DNA of 64,000 bases, taken from contig CAJINV010000009.1 of assembly GCA_905178155.1 (NCBI GenBank), forward strand, positions 434,001-498,000, written 5' to 3'. Origin of the DNA: Amoebophrya sp. A120 (Eukaryota > Protista > Dinoflagellata). The notes beneath the pieces were generated by a model. It was not told the DNA's origin, searched no databases, and saw only the letters and a program-made list of their open reading frames with translations. The position numbers and the translations under genes were made by a program. Position 1 is the first letter of the stretch; the number at the start of each line of letters is the position of its first letter. Positions 35,050 to 46,261 of this stretch are shown piece by piece.

Positions 35050-37541
35050 AACTGACGAACAAACACCCACCAGTAAAAAGCGAAGCTCCAACATGTCCCG
35101 AGGGGCTTTTCATTCGATTCCAGACGAGTTCCTCGGGTCATAAGCTGCACTACGTAGAAGCAGGTGGAACAAGCCTTTTTCCGGTTCCAGACGCGGTGCA
35201 GGGGGGATGAGCTGTAGTAGCAAAATAAACATAATGAACAAGCAGAACGTAAAACTAGAAGAAGATCGAAGATCCTGCATGTCATCTGCGTAACTCTGTT
35301 CAGCGGGTGACCGATCCTTATCCCAGGTATTTTTAATTACAGGAGTGCACTGCCAACTCCTAGAGATTCAGATCCCGATCGACATATGAATAAAAGGACT
35401 ACAAGTAGGAAATTACAAGGGGCCAGAAATTTTGACTTCGTAGTGTGTGACTAGATGATAAAAGTAAGAAGCCAAGAGCCTACAACTTGCAGAGCACGAC
35501 TTGTAGTTTGTGGCAGCTGGATAAGGATAACGATAAACTTGCAGATTTGTTCTCGACGACTTGTATCAAGAAATCACGACGACCACGACCACGAGCAAAG
35601 CCGAAGGCAAACACTGCCTCCACAAAGAAGTGTATGTCGTTGCCCCACTATATACCCGACATGCCTGAAGTGACAAAGATAATGGAAGCACGTCAACATC
35701 ACATCTAAAGAGGATATCATAGCGTAACAGCACTGATTGTTTTTGCTTCTAAATTGATCGACTGCCATGCGGACATTGACTGGAAACACGATCATGACCA
35801 ATATCAAATACATATACATCCCAGCTCCTGTTCTGCAGACCATTTGAGCTTTGTCACTATGGAAAAAACATGTAAAAAAGACACGGACGCACACCATGTT
35901 GTGCATTTTTCAGATATGTCGAAGTTGGAGTTGACTGATGGGGATGGCTCCTGCTTTGATAAAATCGCAAAAAAAAAAACGGTCGACTAATACGTGTTTG
36001 TGCCGTACAAACATAGTAGTGTAAAGCTTAAAAAGCATTGCTCGTTTTTTTTCTCGAGAAAAAAACATTTCTACCGCCGCTCACCACGAGCATGAGCGAG
36101 AATCTGTAACACTCCTTTGAGTGCTTTCAGAACGCTACCTGAGCCACAAGAAATAAATCATGTCCTGGGGGGCCTGCGGCCACTGTTGAATAGTTGTACC
36201 GATCGCAAGCTGCAACCAAGATGAAGCTATTGTTGAAGTCAGACCCTAATTACCGACGATGGCAGTTGCAAACTTAATGATGTGCGAGTGGGTATAAAGC
36301 TAACGACAAAGAGCCTGCACGACATTCGTGCTCTCAAGGGAATTTACTTCGTTACAGAATATGCATTTGGAAAGACATGATGGGACCTTAATAAATCGTT
36401 GTCGAGCAGCTGTTGCTGTATTCGCGACGACCTACACCTACTTGTATTTGCCCGTAAACCTACAGGCACAACCTTCCTTGTTGCACTTTTTAGACGTTGT
36501 ACAGGAGGCCGCTGGCTAAGTAAAGCTACCTTTACACGTCGAGCAGCCTGCAGAAGCGGGTGTCAAAACAGAGCAGTACGTGCCCATATTACTGAATGTA
36601 GTGTTGCGCAACAGATATATCTTTGAATGAATATTTTTTTTTTACAATTATTTCAATTGGTTTAGGTTCGTTATTTAGCTGTTTTTTGACGTACTGTGTG
36701 CGTGTGGTCGCGTATTTGCATGAATTCAACGGAGGTCGCAGGGAAGGAGAGCAGGAGACTCATGATGATCGACCGCACACATCAAGTTTTTCTTTTCCTT
36801 TTATAGTTCTAGTTGACCCGAAAAACAAAAATCAAAATGTAAATGCAATAAAATAAAAACTAACAACTCATTATGATGTGGAGCGACCTCTTTTTTTCGT
36901 ACGAGAAGGCGGAGATGATCTTTAAAAGCAGACTTCTCTTTGAGTAGTTTGCAATGCTTCATGGATGTGTGCTCTTGGACTTTATGGATGTCGGAATCTT
37001 TCGCGAGAAACTGTCGTTCTGCTCCACATGTGACACTGTGTAGTCCTCGGAAAATACACTGATCGGTTCGTTTGCTGCAATCAAGTGTTACATCAAGCTG
37101 TGGCATGTGTTTGTGACCTGAGTGACGACACATATGCGCAAATTCAGAATTCGAGACGAGGGTATACTAAGTAGTAGTTCGTTGCATCGAAGGGGATGAA
37201 GATACTTGTGTTTGTGCTTGATAATTGCGATGCACAATTGAATTTGTACATTTACTCACAGAAGGATTACAACATTCTCGCACTATGTATTCGATTCGAT
37301 TTAGCTGCTGGTAGCCCCAGGCTCTTTTCGTTTTGATAGATACAGATATTGATATGCTGATGTGTAAATGAATTGTTCAAAAAAGTTGTATTGACGCGGA
37401 CAACTGCGATGAAGCGGTCGAGTCGTTTATCACCGTGATCGCCTGCAGCCACTTCACCCTCTAGCCACATCTCATTTCTTTCTCCTTTGTTCTAGGGTCA
37501 TGGAGAATATTGAGGTTGGCCCTCAAACGATATTTATTTAG

Positions 37542-39354
37542 TTGAGTTCAAAGGATACGAATCCTACTTGTTCAATGAGTATAAGTGGCGCAACTTTATT
37601 GATCCATTACTTGCTTGCAAGAACGTATTCGAATTCATTTGGTCGTTCGATCAGAGCTGGGCTGCTAGTAGACGTCCTGAGTACACTAGCACACATCCAT
37701 GCCTGCGACTTCCACCACGACGGCTCCTTGCTGACGGATTTTGACCCCGACGAGCCCCAGGAAAAATTCATCCAGTCCGTCGCCCAAGCGGAGGAAAAGT
37801 GTCAGCAACACATTGAGGAGGAGCGGGAGCAAACCTGTGATAGAAGTGCAGACAGCAGTGATAGCACAGCACAACTCTCAGCACAAGGTCATCATCTGCA
37901 CAACTCCACCTCCGTCAAGTGTAGCAGCAAAACCTCCGATCCGAATTTCCAGAACCCCAACGCCACACACTCGCAGATGGCGTGGGCGCGGTACGGTTTT
38001 CGTGGCGGCAAAATGCCGCCGCCCTTCGAGTCAAGTGCGAAAATCCGCGGGGCCACCGGTGCGTTCGTCTCGCAGGAACAGGGAGAGGGAGCCGGTGCGC
38101 GGGTTCGCCGGTCCATCGGACGCCCGGAGTTGAAGAATTTGGACCCGTTTTTGATGTTGGACGAATTCAAGGTTGGGCTGCCGGCCGGCTTTCCCGACCA
38201 CCCGCACCGGGGAATGGAGACTGTGACTTACATGTTTCCCGATTCGCCCGGCAACTTCACGCACGAGGACAGTAAGGGGAACGCCGGCATTCTGGGCCCC
38301 TCGGATCTGCAGTGGATGACGGCCGCGCGGGGCATCATGCACTCGGAGGTGCCGGAAACCCGCAACGAGGCCCACGGGCTGCAGATGTGGATCAATTTGT
38401 CGAAAAAGGACAAGATGTCGCCGCCCGAGTACCAGGAAATTCCGGCCAAGGACTTGGCCCGCGCCGAGGCCACGGACGAGAACGGGAAGCTAGTGCAGGT
38501 GCAAATCGCGGCGGGCACGTCGCTCGGCGAGACCAGTCAGGTGCGGACGCGGACGCCCTGCTATCTCATCCACGTCAAAATGCTGGAGAAGGATGCCGTG
38601 TTCCGCCAGATGATCCCAGGCGACTTTGTATCCCGGTGGAACAAATCAAAATCTACTTCACTTCTTAGTGCCGTCATCCGCATTTTTATGATGTCATGCT
38701 GCTACTATTTCTATTCTATCTATTCTATTTCTAAAGCGATATCGAATGAAATGTGGTCAATGTTGACTGGTCTGCTTTGCCACTGTAATTTACGAATCTA
38801 TGCGTGCACCACCAGGAGAAAATAAAACAATAACAAACCGAAATCGAGGCTCATGGTAGAAGAAAAATCTTGATGTTGATTGCGCACCAGGATACGTAAC
38901 CGCATTTCTGTACACGCTCGAGGGGGCGGAGATCATCGTGAAGGGTGACGGCAGTTCTAAAATTGGCGACAAGGTTGTGCAGGGTCACACCACGGTTACG
39001 CTGCAGTCCAACCCAGGCGCGGGCGGCAGCGCGTCCGGCGGAGGCAACCTCAAGGCCGCGAAGAACTTGATGACGCAGGCCTCGAACAAGAATGCGGACG
39101 CCGGTGCCACCGGGAGCTCGGGGGAGGAGAAGGTGGGCATCGAGATTCGCGCAATCCGGCCGGAGTCGCAGTTCGTGGTGGTGGCCGCACGGCCGATTGG
39201 AGAGCCGATCGTGCAGTATGGGCCCTTCGTCATGACCAGCCAGGCCGAAATCCAGCAGGCCTTTCGCGACTATCAGATGGGCACCCACGGGTTCGAGGGC
39301 GCGCAACAGTGGTCCTCGAAGAACAAGCAGAGGATGGGGCGCGGAGGGTTCTAG
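37542..39354 (+). CDS. Pirin-family bicupin protein; two exons split at about 38620-38895; 5' end uncertain
   Basis: EGAGARVRRSIG, LDPFLMLDEF, GFPDHPHRGMETVTY, HEDSKG, LQWMTAARGIMHSE, GLQMWINL; exon 2 PIGEPIVQYGPFVMT..IQQAFRDY. Confidence 0.9.
38629..38894. mobile_element. TIR-bounded introner-like element forming the pirin intron
   Basis: Left GTATCCCGGTG versus right CACCAGGATAC (10/11 inverted match, degenerate extension AATCAAAATC/GATGTTGATT); TAT...ATA termini; internal ATGTCATGC at 38691. No in-frame GT-AG pair at these ends. Confidence 0.65.
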
Positions 39355-40409
39355 GACACGCGTTCTATGATCCCCTCCTGCAAAGAAAGTTGCTACCCTT
39401 TTCGCGCGTTGTTCGCAGAGAAATGAGCGCTCCAGTACTGCACCGATAATCTTTCCTCTGTCCAATCAAGTGAATGTGAAATAGCAAAAGGACAATGAAA
39501 ATATCCTCTGCTCTATGTGATGATCAAATATGAAACTCTCGTCGACGTCGTGACCCGTGACCGATGCTGACCTTCCGTGTGTGTCGTTGGTTGTTTCGTG
39601 GAATAGATTGTACGTCGCAAATTCGCTGCGCCATCTTTCAATCGACATAAAAAATATGTAGCGATAAAAAATGAGATGAAGATTGTTAGTTTTATCGAAG
39701 ACAAAAGACGACGCCAGGGTCCGCTGAAAGTCCGGCATGAATCGGTGACCAAAAAAGAGGAAATCAATATTCTGTAAGTAGGTGTAAGACTAAGAAGTTT
39801 AACGACGGATTTGCAATAAATATTCGTAAATGTAGTTTCTCCGTGTGCAGCTGTTCCATTTGGACATTTTGCTAGTGATGCGAATGATGTCGAGACCTCC
39901 ACCAAATGTTGACCCTTTTTTTGTTTCGCACTGGAAGCACTCACTTAAATAATTGTGCGTGTGCCATGATACGCATACGCAAATTTCTGGGCGACATTTT
40001 GGTCGACGGAACCGGCGCACAGGCAACTGATCCTGCTAGAATTCTGGGTATTGCGCACCCGCTCTTTGTTCGACCCAGTTTTGCTTTTGTCATGCTTCTA
40101 TTCGCATCCAAATAAAATTGGAATTATCATGATCATGTTCATGTGCTTCCTGCTCGTTCAAGTCATGAAGATGTAGCTCTCTATGCGCAGTCGTGGTCGC
40201 AGTAGTACACGAACTCCAATCCTTGTCGTCGTCCTCCTGTGGTCGTGATTTTGTTGTAGGAATCACACGAGATTCGAATAGCTTCGCCCGCTGGGTGTGA
40301 CATCGCAAACTTGCGCTAGAAGGAACGTTTTTCACAGAGTTCACCTGCCGCAACGGCGCGCGGGCGTTTTCGGTATCAACTGAGAAAGACACCGCTTCTG
40401 CTGTCGTGC

Positions 40410-41650
40410 CGCAGTGCGTTTCCAGCTGCAAGGAAGCCCAGCCGGAAGCACATTGAAAACGCATCCGCAGCGCATCCCAGCCGGAAACGCCTCTTCAGGG
40501 CATTTCTACCGAGCTGGTGGAGATCGGGCTAGGGACGCCCTCTCAGACAGAGCATTTGCGTTCCTAGCTGGAAATCCAGCCAGAGAGGCCCCCTCCGTGC
40601 ATTTCCAGCTGGAAGGAAATCTAGCCGGGAACGCATTGGAAACGCACGCGCGACGCTTTTCCAGCTGGGAGCTCGGCTGGAGATGCCTGCTCAGCCCTTT
40701 TCTTCTAGCTGAAAGTAAATCCAGCCGGAGACGCAGCGAAAATGCATCCGCGGCCTAATGGATGCCTTTTCAAAGCATGCCGAGCTGGAAACTCGGCTAG
40801 AGACGCCGTCGCAGTGCGTTTCTGCTTGGGAATCTAGCTAGCGACGCCGTCTCAGTGCATTTCTAGCTGGAAACCCACCTAGGGACGCCGTCTCAGTGCG
40901 TTTCTAGCTAGAAATCCAGCCAGCGACGCCGCCCCGGTGTGTGTCCAGCAGGGAATCCAGCTAGCAATGCCGTCTCAGTGCCTTTCTAGCTGGAAGGAAA
41001 TACAGCCGGAAAGGCAGCGGCAGCGTGTTTCCGGCTAGAGACCCAGGCGGAAAGGCATCGCCAGCGCGTTCCCAGAACGAAATCCAGCCGGAGAGGCATC
41101 GCCAAAGCGCCCCCAGCTGGAAGAAATTCAGCCCGCAGCGCCTTTTCGGAGTATTTCTAGCGTGAAATGGAGCCGGAGACGCCTTTTCAGAGCATTCCTA
41201 GCGGGAAACCCAGACGGCGGCGCGTTTTTTTCTAGCTGGGAGGAAATCCAGCCGGGAGTCAATGCGTTACTTACTTAAAGAGGCATCCGCAAGCAACGCG
41301 CCTCCAGCTGGAAATCGTTCGAGGGCGCCCCTTCGAAGATTATCCAGCTGGAGACGCCGTGGCAATGGAGACCCAGCTGGCTGGAAACGCCTTTTCGAGG
41401 GAGATCCAGATGGAAACGCATCGAGAAGGTTTCTTCAGCGCATTTCAGCCCGGCCTTTTCAAAGTGTGAGCAGCTGGATTTCTAGTCGAAGACGGTGCTC
41501 GATTTCTAGCTTGGAATCCAGCTGTGGGGAACACTTTGAAAAGGCATCTGCGGCGCATTGTTAGCTGGGATTTTAGGTCAAGACGCCCCAAGGCGATGCC
41601 AGGTGGATAGATTTGCGGGCGGAGATGCCTCGGGGCATTTCCAGCTGTCA
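40410..41650. repeat. Degenerate repeat array built on palindromic (T)TCCAGCTGGAA / TTCTAGCTGGAA cores
   Basis: Many recurring CCAGCTGG/CTAGCTGG cores with GACGCC..AGTGCATTT spacers, period roughly 40-45 bp. Confidence 0.75.
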
Positions 41651-42169
41651 AGAATCGCAAGGCAGCTGATTTCTCTACGATTTTGCGGGTTTTCTTCCCG
41701 GGGTAGCAAAACTCTTCTGGCTACCCGGGGAACGGTTTTCCTAGAAGGATAATGGGCAGGTATTGGGAAGCTATCGGGAAGGGTTAGCAGAGCTGAAGCT
41801 TTTCTCGGGTTGTTGTGCTTAGCACGGCTACTACTTATTCAGGCTACCCGGGGCAAGAGTCTTCTAGTAGGGTTGTGGGAGGAAAGGTATTGGGAGTCTG
41901 TTTTTTTTTTTCCCGAGTTGCTGTGTTTAGCACAGCTATTCTGGCTACCCGGGGCATGGGTTTTCTGGAAGAATGGGGGGAAGGTATTGACGGAGGCATC
42001 CATCTGCGCCATCGTTGCACGCCTTCCAGGTGCAGCATCCGTGGTTGCGGTTGCCGGCTTCCGTCTCCGTCGGCTGCTCGCGATGTCTCCGTGCGCGCGA
42101 TCCGCTGAAGCTTTTTTTCCTTAGGGATTTCAGTAAGGAAGCGACACGCGACCGCGCAGATCCGAGTGA

Positions 42170-43265
42170 CCCCCTACGTCACTCCCCCCGCCCTTTCGAT
42201 GTGATGACATTGCGCCCCAATCTGTATGAATGATTTTAGGATCTAAGATTATAGCTTGAAGATCTAAGATTATGACTTTTGAGATGAAGACTTGACTATG
42301 ATCCTATTGCGCCCCAATCTGTACGGATAATTTTTAAGTCTAAGACTATAGCTGATCGATCTAAGATTATGACTTTTACATGTGGGGGGCCCTCGCCCCC
42401 CCCCCGCGCCCCCCCCCGCCCTTGCGATATGATGACACTGCGCCCCAATCTGTACGAATAGTTTTCATTTTTAAGATGACGACTCACATGCGGGGGGCCC
42501 TCGCCCCCCCCCGCGCCCCCCCCGCCCTTTCGATATGATCCGACTGCGCCCCAATCTTTATGAATGATTTTGACTATGATCCTACTGCGGCCCAATCTGT
42601 ATGAATAGTTTTTAATTCTAAGATTATAACTGATCGATCTAAGATTATGACTTTTACATGCGGGGGGCCCTCGCCCCCCCCCCCGCCCCCCCCGCCCTTT
42701 CGATATGATCCGATTGCGCCCCAATCTTTATGAATGATTTTGACTATGATCCTACTGCGCCCCAATCTGTATGAATAGTTTTTAAGTCTAAGATTATAAC
42801 TGATCGATCTAAGATTATGACTTTTACATGCGGGGGGCCCTCGCCCCCCCCCGCGCCCCCCCCGCCCTTGCGATATGATGATACTGCGCCCCAATCTGTG
42901 CGAAAAGTTTTCACTTTTAAGATGAAGACTGACATGCGGGGGGCCCTCGCCCCCCCCCCGCGCCCCCCCCGCCCTTTCGATATGATCCTCTTGCGCCCCA
43001 AGCTGTGTGAATGATTTTGACTATGATCCTATTGCGCACTCAGATTTAAGATTGAGATTGCGATTTAAGATTGAGATTGCGATTTGAGATTGAGATTAAG
43101 ATTGAGACTTGATATGAAAATACGAAAATTTGAATTCGAGATTGAGACTTGATATGAAATTGAATTACTCAATTTGAATTATTCATGAAATTGAATTATT
43201 CAATTTGAATTATTCACGAAATTGAATTATTCAATTTGAATTATTCAGGAAATTGAATTGTTCGT
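42170..43265. repeat. Composite satellite: CATGCGGGGGGCCCTCGC(C)n units with GCGCCCCAATCT and TCTAAGATTAT subunits, then AT-rich GATTGAGATT and AATTGAATTATTC arrays
   Basis: Five G6/C-tract units between 42378 and 42980; AT-rich short repeats 43042-43265. Confidence 0.9.
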
Positions 43266-43789
43266 GAGTCTTGCGATGAAATTGTAGATATGACTATCAA
43301 TGCTCCTGATGAAAGCTAGTAAAGCAAGAGGATCGACGAAGTTGAATGCTGGTTCCATGTAGTTCCACACTTACTTTTCCGGAAATCATGAAAGGCACGA
43401 AATCTTGAACATGACATCAATTTCGTCCGATGTGCTCAACTTGCTCCAAGAGCGACGCGCATTGACTCTAGAGCAGGAAGAGATCTTTGTCGCCCGCGAC
43501 CACCGCCGCAGCAGAAGCGTCTTGGAGGAGGAAAATCCGGCTATCTTTCTCGAACCAAAATGGACCGCCGAGGATATCGATCAAAAAGGACCCAAGTGTG
43601 AAAGGAGCTTTCGGCGATTCCAAGACCGGAAAGCATTCCGACGGGTGGTTGAAAGGTAGGAGCGTCAATTAGTACTAGAAGCGGTGCTGATGTTCTCATA
43701 TGATCCATTGCACCACACTTGCGTTGTTCTCACTTGCAGTAACGTTTTCCGATTGTGTTTGTTGTTGTGCATGATTTTGAGCATCAAGA

Positions 43790-45583
43790 ATGTCGCATGA
43801 AAATGACAGACTCCGGCTTCTGCGGACTGACGTTCGACGACAAGCTGCCGATGCCCAACAGACTTTGACACGCATTGCCAACAATGAGTCACCACTGGTT
43901 CATTGTACAGACGCCCTCGCCCCAGAAGCTGGTGGCGCCAAAAGGTCACAAGAAATATCGCCACTGGGACACCCGACTGGAAGCAGCACTAGGGCTGGAG
44001 GAAGCTCGTCACCGTCCACCTCTCGCGGGCGGACGACTTCTAGCGCCCTTGTTTCCGCGGCGAAATCAGCTTTGACGCTGTGCGGTCCCGTCAATGCGCA
44101 ACCAAGAGGCCATTCTACACCAGCAACCGCGAATGCATCTGCTCTTGATGCTGTGACTGGCTTTTTAGCGCCAGCATCTCGTCCATCAAGAATTTCTGAC
44201 CGAGAAGCGAAAGTCAAAATCCAGGATCTCGAAGCTCTGCAGTTGTCCGTTGCACAGCAGATGGAACAGCGCATAGCGATGTTGGAAGCGCAAATAACGC
44301 AAGCGTCCTCGTCCACCTCTCCGCAAGCGGACTCGCGCACTTCAAGAGGCCGCGTTAGCGCTTTCAGATTCGAGCCGGGGACTCGAGGCAGCGGCGCTGG
44401 TGCAACGAAGAGTTCCTCATCTTTGCAAGCACGTGTCCTGAGCTTGAAGTCAGCCGGCCAAAAATTGGAGTTCGTTGCAGAGCAAGCCTGCGTGTTTGAC
44501 GGAAAAAATCATGCATCGCAGGATGGAGCCGGAACCCGTCCAGAAGACCACGCTGATGGCCGCTCTCCTGCGAACGGAGATAGTACCGGACTCTTAACAC
44601 GGCAGGATTCTCTCAGCAGTTTGATTCGTCGCGATAGCACAGGTCCGGGGGATTTCGACGGGTCGCCACCAGGGTATGTCGAAGACACCGACGAGGCTGA
44701 TCCACCTTACAAAAGGATGAGACAGCGAGACGCAGTCTCATTTGCAAGAAATCAACGGGCAGCACTAGTCGGCAAGGTTGATCTTTACCTGGCCGAAATG
44801 GCCAGTGCAAGAGAAATGGATGCGGCCCTTGCAGCAGAAGGGCGGGCTTCAGAAACAACGACCAGTGCGAAGATGAAGCAACAAGAGGTCGCTGCGGCAG
44901 ACATTGCCGGTGCGCATTCCTCGTCCTCCGCGGAAGAGCAGGTGCTATCGGCGAGGCAGCGATCCGGAGAAGTAGAGAAAGTGGTAAATAAGAACGGCAC
45001 GACTGAGGGACTTTTTCCCATTCACAACTACACGTCTGCATCACGTCGGACTCCCGTCGATGAGGAGATCAGTGATCTACACACGAAAGTTTACGACGTA
45101 CTAAACGACGCCTTGCGCAAGGACCAGACCAGCTCCGGCATGAGCGGGTTTAGCAAAGCGATGAGACCACCTACTGTGACGGGCAGCAGGGCGCAGGCGT
45201 TCGTGAAGGAAGCGAGTTCTTCCGCTGCTGGCGATGCGAGTCGGACAATAGCGCCCTCGTTGAAAACAGATTTTCGTGACGAGAAGCAGACCGCAACCAC
45301 GGCGGAGCTCCAGCATCGTCTGCAGCATTGCACCAAACTTTTGAAGCAGCTGGACGTAGAAATTAGCAAAACCTTGTCGCCGACAATCGCAGCGCTGAAG
45401 GAAAGCAGTCGGGAGAACACGAGAATGATGCTGGCCAATTGTGACAAAATTATTGCCAAACGAAGTGGCAGGGGAGATCGAGCACCGCGGAAAATACTCT
45501 TGCCCAGCTCCGGGGCTGACGACGCGGTGGTCTTGCGTGCCTTGGAAGGGAGAGCTGCCGGAAGAAATAAGGGAAGTAGATGA
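43790..45583 (+). CDS. Hypothetical Ser/Ala-rich protein with short coiled-coil segments; possible upstream exon 43411-43655
   Basis: 597-codon ORF; a GT-AG intron 43656-43788 would add the upstream exon in frame. No family recognised. Confidence 0.55.
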   Translation: MSHENDRLRLLRTDVRRQAADAQQTLTRIANNESPLVHCTDALAPEAGGAKRSQEISPLGHPTGSSTRAGGSSSPSTSRGRTTSSALVSAAKSALTLCGPVNAQPRGHSTPATANASALDAVTGFLAPASRPSRISDREAKVKIQDLEALQLSVAQQMEQRIAMLEAQITQASSSTSPQADSRTSRGRVSAFRFEPGTRGSGAGATKSSSSLQARVLSLKSAGQKLEFVAEQACVFDGKNHASQDGAGTRPEDHADGRSPANGDSTGLLTRQDSLSSLIRRDSTGPGDFDGSPPGYVEDTDEADPPYKRMRQRDAVSFARNQRAALVGKVDLYLAEMASAREMDAALAAEGRASETTTSAKMKQQEVAAADIAGAHSSSSAEEQVLSARQRSGEVEKVVNKNGTTEGLFPIHNYTSASRRTPVDEEISDLHTKVYDVLNDALRKDQTSSGMSGFSKAMRPPTVTGSRAQAFVKEASSSAAGDASRTIAPSLKTDFRDEKQTATTAELQHRLQHCTKLLKQLDVEISKTLSPTIAALKESSRENTRMMLANCDKIIAKRSGRGDRAPRKILLPSSGADDAVVLRALEGRAAGRNKGSR

Positions 45584-46261
45584 ACATGAATCAAAGAAGG
45601 CGCGAGCGACCTTAGTCATCGCACACTGCATCCGCAGAAGCCTATATTTTTCATAGCGTTCCTGACTCCGACTCGCCGGTAAAAGTAAGGGGCAAGTTAG
45701 CCGCCTTCAGATGAAGCTGATGTTGCAACAACAATGCTTGTGGTTGTGCCTTCGTTGCTTTTGTTTAGCTGTGGTACATTCGTGGCGACATGTGTTTCTG
45801 AATGGAATTACGTCTCGATCTCGCAGGACGAAAGTCTCGGTCGAATAATCGAAAAATTGATAAAACATCGTCTGTATCTATCAACCGTTTATTTTCGCAT
45901 CGTGCATCTCGTTGTAGATGTTTATACACTTCTTCATCATCGCTCGTCGAGTCCTCATCATGTGTGAGTCATTTACTGAGAGATGGACGCTTTGTGTTTC
46001 TTGTCGCTAAAAACAGTCGTATTTTTGTTGAACTACAGATCTGGTGTCGTTTGTAGCTAGAGGATGTAGTTATCACCAATCCAAAGCCGAATTCCAAGTC
46101 GGACCTGCTTCCCTATACTGATGTATGTACCGCCCCTTGCTGCAGTTTGTCGGTGATGCCACAAGGTCAAGGATAATTGAAGCCACAGCAAAAAAGCTTG
46201 TAGTAGTTTGCAGCTCAAACAAGAACTCGTTTCATCTTTTGTTGCGACATTCACAATCATC

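Noticed and set aside
42170-43040. CRISPR-like periodicity (also 57295-57685)
   Set aside because: Intervening sequences are themselves repeated rather than unique spacers; no cas genes; eukaryotic context.
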